Translations under genes and position numbers: made by a program | Notes under the pieces: generated by a model | The model's database searches: none | Told to the model about the DNA's origin: nothing | What the model saw: only the letters and a program-made list of their open reading frames with translations | DNA from: Candidatus Dadabacteria bacterium | GTDB taxonomy: Bacteria; Desulfobacterota_D; UBA1144; Nemesobacterales; CSP1-2 | Assembly (NCBI GenBank): GCA_040289575.1 | Contig: PSLL01000011.1 | Span: forward strand, 23,322 to 57,492 | Direction of reading: 5' to 3' | DNA length: 34,171 nt | In this document: piece by piece, positions 28,804-34,171 of the stretch | Numbering within the stretch: position 1 is the first letter of the stretch | Layout of the letters: every line of letters begins with the position of its first letter

Positions 28804-29099
28804 GAATAAAATTAGCCAAGGCCTCTTTAACGATCTGGGACTCCATTTCTTCCCAGCCGACTACAGGCGCCTCTAATGAGATTAGGCTCTTTAGCGCCTT
28901 CTTTCGCTGTTGTATGAGCGCCTTTTTAAAATGCTCTTCTTCGACAGCCTCGCGGATGAGCACGCTGATTCAGTTTACCTTCTTCCTCGGCTATCCGCAT
29001 CAGAAGCTGGTATTGTTCTTCAGAGAGCACTGTTTGAACCCGCTTTGTATAAGCGAAACTCGTTCTCTGATTACGTTTAGTATGAGTAGCCAATTTCAT
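28787..29099 (-). pseudogene. Ribbon-helix-helix (CopG/VapB-like) antitoxin, frameshifted; no cognate toxin gene follows
   Basis: The minus strand reads MKLATHTKRNQRTSFAYTKRVQTVLSEEQYQLLMRIAEEEGKL, then one extra base at 28969/28970, then ISVLIREAVEEEHFKKALIQQRKKALKSLISLEAPVVGWEEMESQIVKEALANFIPNSLS*. RHH strand-helix-helix pattern; repaired length 103 aa. GAGGTG RBS (start may be the TTG at codon 3). Confidence 0.78.
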
Positions 29100-29122
29100 C
29101 ACCTCTTAGTAGTGTTACACAA

Positions 29123-29161
29123 ATCATATATTTATGATACTACCAATACAGGTAACATCAA
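29123..29161 (-). promoter_or_regulatory. Sigma70-like promoter for the RHH gene with overlapping palindromic operator
   Basis: Minus strand TTGATG (29161-29156), 16-nt spacer, TATCAT (29139-29134). The palindrome ATCATA-N4-TATGAT at 29123-29138 overlaps the -10 box and start region. Confidence 0.55.
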
Positions 29162-29198
29162 GAAAGAGCCATAGGACTTCTATTTAATAGAGTAGAGA

Positions 29199-30923
29199 AT
29201 GTACATCCTCGGCCTCAACGCCTATCACGGTGATTCTTCGGCCTGTCTTGTTGTGGATGGGAGGCTCGTCTGTGCTATTGAAGAAGAGAGAATAAGAAGG
29301 ATAAAGCACTGGGCAGGGCTTCCTACGGAATCTATAAAATGGTGTTTGGAATACGGGGGTATTGATATTAAGGATATTGATTATATTGCGATTTCGAGAA
29401 ATCCATCGGCCCATCTTCATAAAAAGGTTCTGAGGGTGCTGACAAAGACGCCGAGTCTGAATTTCTTAAAGAGCAGACTCCAAAACGTCTCAAGGGTAGG
29501 CGATGTTAAAACTAATATTGCCGAGGCTCTTGGAACTCAAGTATCACATATACGGGCGAGGATTCAGAATGTCGAACATCACAGGGCACATATAGGAAGT
29601 GCATTTCTCGTGTCTCCTTTTGATGAGGCCCTCTGTATATCAGTTGACGGTTTTGGAGATTTCCTGAGTGTGATGCGAGGCATTGGCAGGGGAAATAGAG
29701 TCGAGATTCTCGATTGGGTCGAATATCCGCATTCCCTTGGAATCTTCTATACCGCCTTTACTCAATTTTTAGGGTTTCCGAGGTATGGAGACGAGTATAA
29801 GGTAATGGGTCTTTCCGCTTTTGGGGAGCCGATTTATCTTGATGAAATGAGGAATATAGTGAGGTTAAAAAGCAGCGGTCTTTTTGAGATTGACACCTCT
29901 TTCTTTCTCCACGACAAAGAGGGTGTTGATATGGTCTGGGAAAATGGGGAGCCGATTTTAGGAAGGCTATTTTCAGGAAAGTTAATCGAACTTTTTGGAA
30001 AACCAAGGGAAAGGGAGGAAGGGATTACAAGATACCATCAAGACATCGCATCCTCCGTGCAGGCTATGTATGAAGAGGCATTCTTTCATATGCTAAACGA
30101 CATATATCAAAAAACCGGAATAGATAAACTCGCACTTGCCGGAGGCTGCATTCAGAACTCTGTAGCAAACGGAAAGATATTTGATAAAACTCCCTTTAAT
30201 GCGGTTTACATCCCGCCCGTCTCCTATGACGCCGGAACCGCTATGGGTGCCGCGTTCTGGACATGGAGCGTTGCGCTCGGCAATGAGAGGGATTTTGTAA
30301 TGGATAATCCATTCTGGGGGCCTGAATTCAGTGATAGAGAGATAGAAGACATTTTAAAAAACAGGGGCATAAGGTACGAAAAACTCAGTGATTCGGAGCT
30401 ATTCATTAGGGCTGCTAAGGACATAGCCAATAGAAAAATCATTGGTTGGTTTCAGGGGAGAACCGAATGGGGACCAAGGGCATTGGGTAATAGAAGCATC
30501 CTTGCCGACCCAAGGGACAAAGGAATAAAGGACATATTAAATGAGAGAATAAAGAGAAGAGAGAATTTTAGACCGTTTGCGCCCTCAGTAATCGAGGGGT
30601 TTGCATACAAATGGTTTGAGGAGTCTTATCCCGTTCCTTTCATGGAAAAGGTCTACAAAGTAAGACCTGAAAAGAGACGACTTATACCCGCCGTGGTTCA
30701 TGCAGATGGGACAGGAAGGCTTCAGACCGTTTCCGAGAGCATGAATCGGAGATACTACAGATTGATAGAGGAATTCTACAGACTCACCGGAGTTCCCATG
30801 GTTTTGAATACATCTTTCAATGAGAATGAACCTATGGTAAATACCCCACTGGATGCACTTGAGTGCTTTTTGAAGACGAAAATGGATGCCCTCATTTTGG
30901 GGAATTTTTATATTCTGTCTTAA
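29199..30923 (+). CDS. O-carbamoyltransferase (NodU/CmcH/TobZ family)
   Basis: ILGLNAYHGDSSACL...AIEEER..R.KH, EHHRAH..SAF, SVDGFGD, PHSLG.FY...T.FLGF...GDEYKVMGL, LAGGC.QN, GWFQGR.EWGPRALGNRSILADP, IKRRE.FRPFAP, VH.DGT.R.QTV, LNTSFN.NEP.V. Confidence 0.96.
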   Translation: MYILGLNAYHGDSSACLVVDGRLVCAIEEERIRRIKHWAGLPTESIKWCLEYGGIDIKDIDYIAISRNPSAHLHKKVLRVLTKTPSLNFLKSRLQNVSRVGDVKTNIAEALGTQVSHIRARIQNVEHHRAHIGSAFLVSPFDEALCISVDGFGDFLSVMRGIGRGNRVEILDWVEYPHSLGIFYTAFTQFLGFPRYGDEYKVMGLSAFGEPIYLDEMRNIVRLKSSGLFEIDTSFFLHDKEGVDMVWENGEPILGRLFSGKLIELFGKPREREEGITRYHQDIASSVQAMYEEAFFHMLNDIYQKTGIDKLALAGGCIQNSVANGKIFDKTPFNAVYIPPVSYDAGTAMGAAFWTWSVALGNERDFVMDNPFWGPEFSDREIEDILKNRGIRYEKLSDSELFIRAAKDIANRKIIGWFQGRTEWGPRALGNRSILADPRDKGIKDILNERIKRRENFRPFAPSVIEGFAYKWFEESYPVPFMEKVYKVRPEKRRLIPAVVHADGTGRLQTVSESMNRRYYRLIEEFYRLTGVPMVLNTSFNENEPMVNTPLDALECFLKTKMDALILGNFYILS

Positions 30924-30931
30924 AATCGAAT

Positions 30932-33095
30932 ATGAAAAAAGCGGTTGCACTTATAGGTTTTGTGTTTTTACTTCTGTTGGATGGAATTATTTATAGAGAC
31001 ATAATTGAGATTAAGAAAACTATAGAGGATAGTAAAGATAGTATCCCCGCGAACTTGATAAGACAAATTGATCAAAATAGTGTTGCTCCAGCAAATCTGC
31101 TAACTTATTTAAATCCGATATTATTTGGATCGACTGTCGGTGAGCCGTCTAAGTCAGGCGTAAAAGAGTCGACTGTGGATGTTCGGGACTTTGGAGCCAA
31201 GGGCGATGGGGTTACAGATGATACGGCGGCGATTCAGGCAGCGGTTAATTCTCTTGCCCATACTGGTGGAACCGTTTTGATGCAGGGTGACTTTGTCTCA
31301 GGAAATATTAATTTTCCCACAATTGCGGGATGGATAACAATCAAGGTTTATGGAAATTGGAGGTTAACAGAAACATTAGTCATTCCCCCTCTTGTTAAGC
31401 TATCCGGACAAGGAGGGGCGAATGCATATGTGCAGTTCTCACGGCATCCACAAGCAAGGCTTATCTCTCCGCCTGGGGATACCCCTACCATAAAACTGAC
31501 TGGAATGGACCCCAAGATAGTAGAAAATATATTGATTAGCGGATCTGCTGGTAAGGCTATACTGCTTCAGAATGGTGCTCTTGCAACACTGGATAATATT
31601 TCTGTACAGTCTGCGGATGTATCCACGGCCTATCCACTCGTAATTGATGCCTTCTTTTGGGTATGGATTAGGAACAGCATTTTTGCGTCTCCCAAGAATG
31701 CTCAGGAGTCGATATATATATTACAACCACGCCTGGTTTTCCGTTGGGCATGCAGTCTGGAATTATTGAAATACGAAATACTATTATTGCTGGTAGGGGG
31801 ATTAAAGTAGCGGCAGAAACACCGGTTGTTTCACAAGGTGCATTGTCATTGATAGATGTTGTCTATGAAAGTGGTACAACCCCTTTCTTAACGCTTGATG
31901 GTACTAATAGTGTTATGAATGGAATAAACCTAGATAGGGTTATAATCGCTGATCCAATAAATGTGGCATCTGTGATTAGGTCTATTAAGGGCGAGAATAT
32001 ACATAATGTATATATAAGAAATTATACATTTACTGAGCCGTTAGTTGATGGAGATCAGTTGGGCAGTTTATTTCTAGAAGGAATGCAACTCAATACAACT
32101 ACCCATGGGTGGAGTTTGGGTTCGCAGAAAAGCAATTATAGTCTTATTAGAGGTGATACATTTCATGGTAAATGGTCAGGGAGAGGTTTTAACAATCCTT
32201 TTAATTTGGTGCCTTATCCACCTCTGGCTGTTAATCAGGATGTTGATACATGGTCGGCGCTAACCGGCTCGGTAAAGGTCTCAACAGGGATAATGGCACC
32301 CGACGGCACTTCGACGGCTGCAAAATTAACCAGTTCCTTCGGTGTTCAAGGCAGAGGTATCCTTAATAAAACACTTAATGTTAATGCCGGAGATTGGTTT
32401 ATAGTCGGTGGTTGGATTAGGGCTGAAGCCGCAAATAAGGAACCTTACACTTTGGGTATCTTTGGTTCGATAAATCGTGACTTTAAGTTTAGCAATAATT
32501 CCAATACCGTTTCACCCTTCTTTACTGATTCCGCCCTAGAAATAGGGGCTAGTTGGGTCCCGGTTGTGAATATATATATAAGGTAGTTCAGAATAAGACC
32601 AATCCGACAAGGATTATTTGGGATATTCAGGTAGACAGCGCGCACCCAACATCATTCTGGAAGCCGTTTGCTATACATATACCAGTTGGCGCGGGTCTCT
32701 TGGAGGATGAAGTTTATAGGATAGCCAGATATATGGTTCCGATCCCCTCTAACGCCCCTGTCGGGTCTTTTGCTATGTTCCCACACCAGAAATTATGGGG
32801 AGCCAATCTAATTGGCTCGAAAGGAATATCTGCAACAACGACTTCTGCAAATAACCTACGTGGCTCTCTAACCATTTCAGGTACCGCTGCATCTGGCACT
32901 GTGGTTTTCGATACGCCTGAGCCAGATGCCAATTATTTCCTGACAGTAACGCCGACGACCATAGGCGGTACGCCTAACCCCGGATCAAACCGCATACGCT
33001 CTATTAGTAAAACCGAGAGGGGCTTTACAGTTACGCTTGAGAACGCGCCCGGCCAAGGAAATATCGTAACATTGGATTGGCATTTGATTCGCTAA
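30932..33095 (+). pseudogene. Membrane-anchored or exported pectate-lyase-3/GH28-like beta-helix protein (~719 aa), split by two +2 shifts in (AT)n repeats
   Basis: N-terminal anchor MKKAVALIGFVFLLLL and cap motif VDVRDFGAKGDGVTDDTAAIQAAVN. Removing one AT unit at 31712-31721 and one at 32571-32580 fuses the three track ORFs (ESIY|ITTTPGFPLGMQSG and VVNIY|KVVQNK). The C-terminal beta domain ends GFTVTL..APG.G..VTLDWHLIR. Confidence 0.85.
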
Positions 33096-33100
33096 TCAGA

Positions 33101-33871
33101 ATGAAGATCTCCATAATAACCGCCGTTTTTAATAATAGAAGATATATAGAAGACTGCATAAAAAGTGTGCTCAATCAGACGTATGAAAATATAGAATATA
33201 TCATCGTTGACGGTGGCTCTACGGATGGGACTTTGGAGGTTATAAAAAGATATGAAGATAAGATCTCAATTTGGATAAGCGAGCCCGACGGCGGGATTTA
33301 TGATGCTATGAACAAGGGCATAGGGATGGCGACGGGAGATGTGGTTGGTTTTTTACACTCGGATGATTTCTATGCGGATGAGCGTGTCATTGAAAATGTA
33401 GCCAAAGCTTTTATAAGGAATAACGTTCAAAGCGTATACGGTGATTTGATCTATGTAAACAAAAACAACAGTAGGGTGATCAGGTACTGGAGGGCAGGCG
33501 GATATAGAGAAGGCCTAATTAATTGGGGATGGATGCCGCCTCATCCCACCTTTTTTGTTAGAAGGGAGGTTTATGAAAACTACGGCTCATTTAATACGAA
33601 TTTAAAAATCGCCGCCGATTATGAATTGGTACTGAGGTTATTTGGAAAACAGAAGATAAGTACATATTATATACCAAAGGTTTTAATTAAGATGAGGATG
33701 GGCGGAAGCAGTAATAGAAATATAAAAAGTATAATAAGAAAGAGCATGGAGGACTATCAGGCATTAAAGATTAACGGTTTGGGTGGCGGCGTCTTTACTC
33801 TACTTTTTAAGAATGTCTCTAAGATACCACAGTTTTTTAACACCAATGGAAAGAGAGAGGATAGAGAATGA
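33101..33871 (+). CDS. GT2-family glycosyltransferase (WcaE/WfgS-like)
   Basis: [71 protein letters not shown]. Confidence 0.94.
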   Translation: MKISIITAVFNNRRYIEDCIKSVLNQTYENIEYIIVDGGSTDGTLEVIKRYEDKISIWISEPDGGIYDAMNKGIGMATGDVVGFLHSDDFYADERVIENVAKAFIRNNVQSVYGDLIYVNKNNSRVIRYWRAGGYREGLINWGWMPPHPTFFVRREVYENYGSFNTNLKIAADYELVLRLFGKQKISTYYIPKVLIKMRMGGSSNRNIKSIIRKSMEDYQALKINGLGGGVFTLLFKNVSKIPQFFNTNGKREDRE

Positions 33872-34171
33872 AAAGAGCACTAATCACCGGGATCACAGGC
33901 CAGGATGGGTCGTATCTGGCCGAGTTTTTACTCTCTTTGGGGTATGAAGTCCATGGTCTAATCAGAAGGTCTAGTACGTTTAACACAGAGAGAATCGAGC
34001 ATATCTATGTTGATCCCCATGAACCTCAAGCTAGGGTCTTTCTCCACTATGGAGACCTCTCCGATTCCAGCCGGCTGACGAACCTCATTTACAAGGTTCA
34101 GCCTGATGAGTTATACCATCTCGCGGCCCAGAGCCATGTAAAGGTGAGCTTTGATATGCCTGAATATAGCG
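33868..34171 (+). CDS. gmd: GDP-mannose 4,6-dehydratase (copy 2), 3'-truncated by the window edge; absent from the ORF track
   Basis: [47 protein letters not shown]...LHYGDLSD...[27 protein letters not shown] overlap with the GT2 stop. Confidence 0.96.
   Translation, partial: MKRALITGITGQDGSYLAEFLLSLGYEVHGLIRRSSTFNTERIEHIYVDPHEPQARVFLHYGDLSDSSRLTNLIYKVQPDELYHLAAQSHVKVSFDMPEYS

Noticed and set aside
28914..29174. 86-aa plus-strand ORF in the track
   Set aside because: It is the antisense shadow of the RHH pseudogene and its promoter, with no recognisable motif.
88..32932. Numerous 60-136 aa minus-strand and alternate-frame ORFs in the track
   Set aside because: They overlap well-supported plus-strand genes and show no motifs.
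4295..33095. Beta-helix genes as evidence of a prophage
   Set aside because: No integrase, capsid, terminase or other phage genes are present, and such proteins are common in polysaccharide loci.
1..34171. CRISPR arrays, tRNA/rRNA genes, transposases, integron attC arrays
   Set aside because: No regularly spaced repeats, RNA-gene signatures or recombinase/transposase ORFs were seen by eye.

Overview
This window is the first ~34 kb of a large, almost entirely plus-strand bacterial surface or exopolysaccharide locus that runs off both ends. It opens with a TPR/carbohydrate-binding protein, a membrane-anchored J-domain protein with an NTF2-like C-terminus, and a UpxY/NusG-family antiterminator. 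These are followed by gmd, rmlACBD, a MurJ-like flippase, a Wzy-like membrane protein, eight glycosyltransferase genes (one broken), five SAM methyltransferases, an O-acetyltransferase, an AsnB-type amidotransferase, a carbamoyltransferase, a DUF362 protein, two beta-helix proteins and the start of a second gmd. Reading between the supplied ORFs shows extensive gene decay. wzm has a TGA and a +1 frameshift, with no wzt in the window. One GT2 has a -1 frameshift and a TGA, and asnB has two deletions. A ~719-aa beta-helix gene is broken at two (AT)5 repeats, and an unannotated minus-strand RHH antitoxin is frameshifted. A 135-bp MITE/REP-like palindromic element and a ~1.2-kb island of toxin-antitoxin remnants interrupt the locus. 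No RNA genes, CRISPR arrays or transposases were seen. All family calls come from motif recognition by eye, not database searches.
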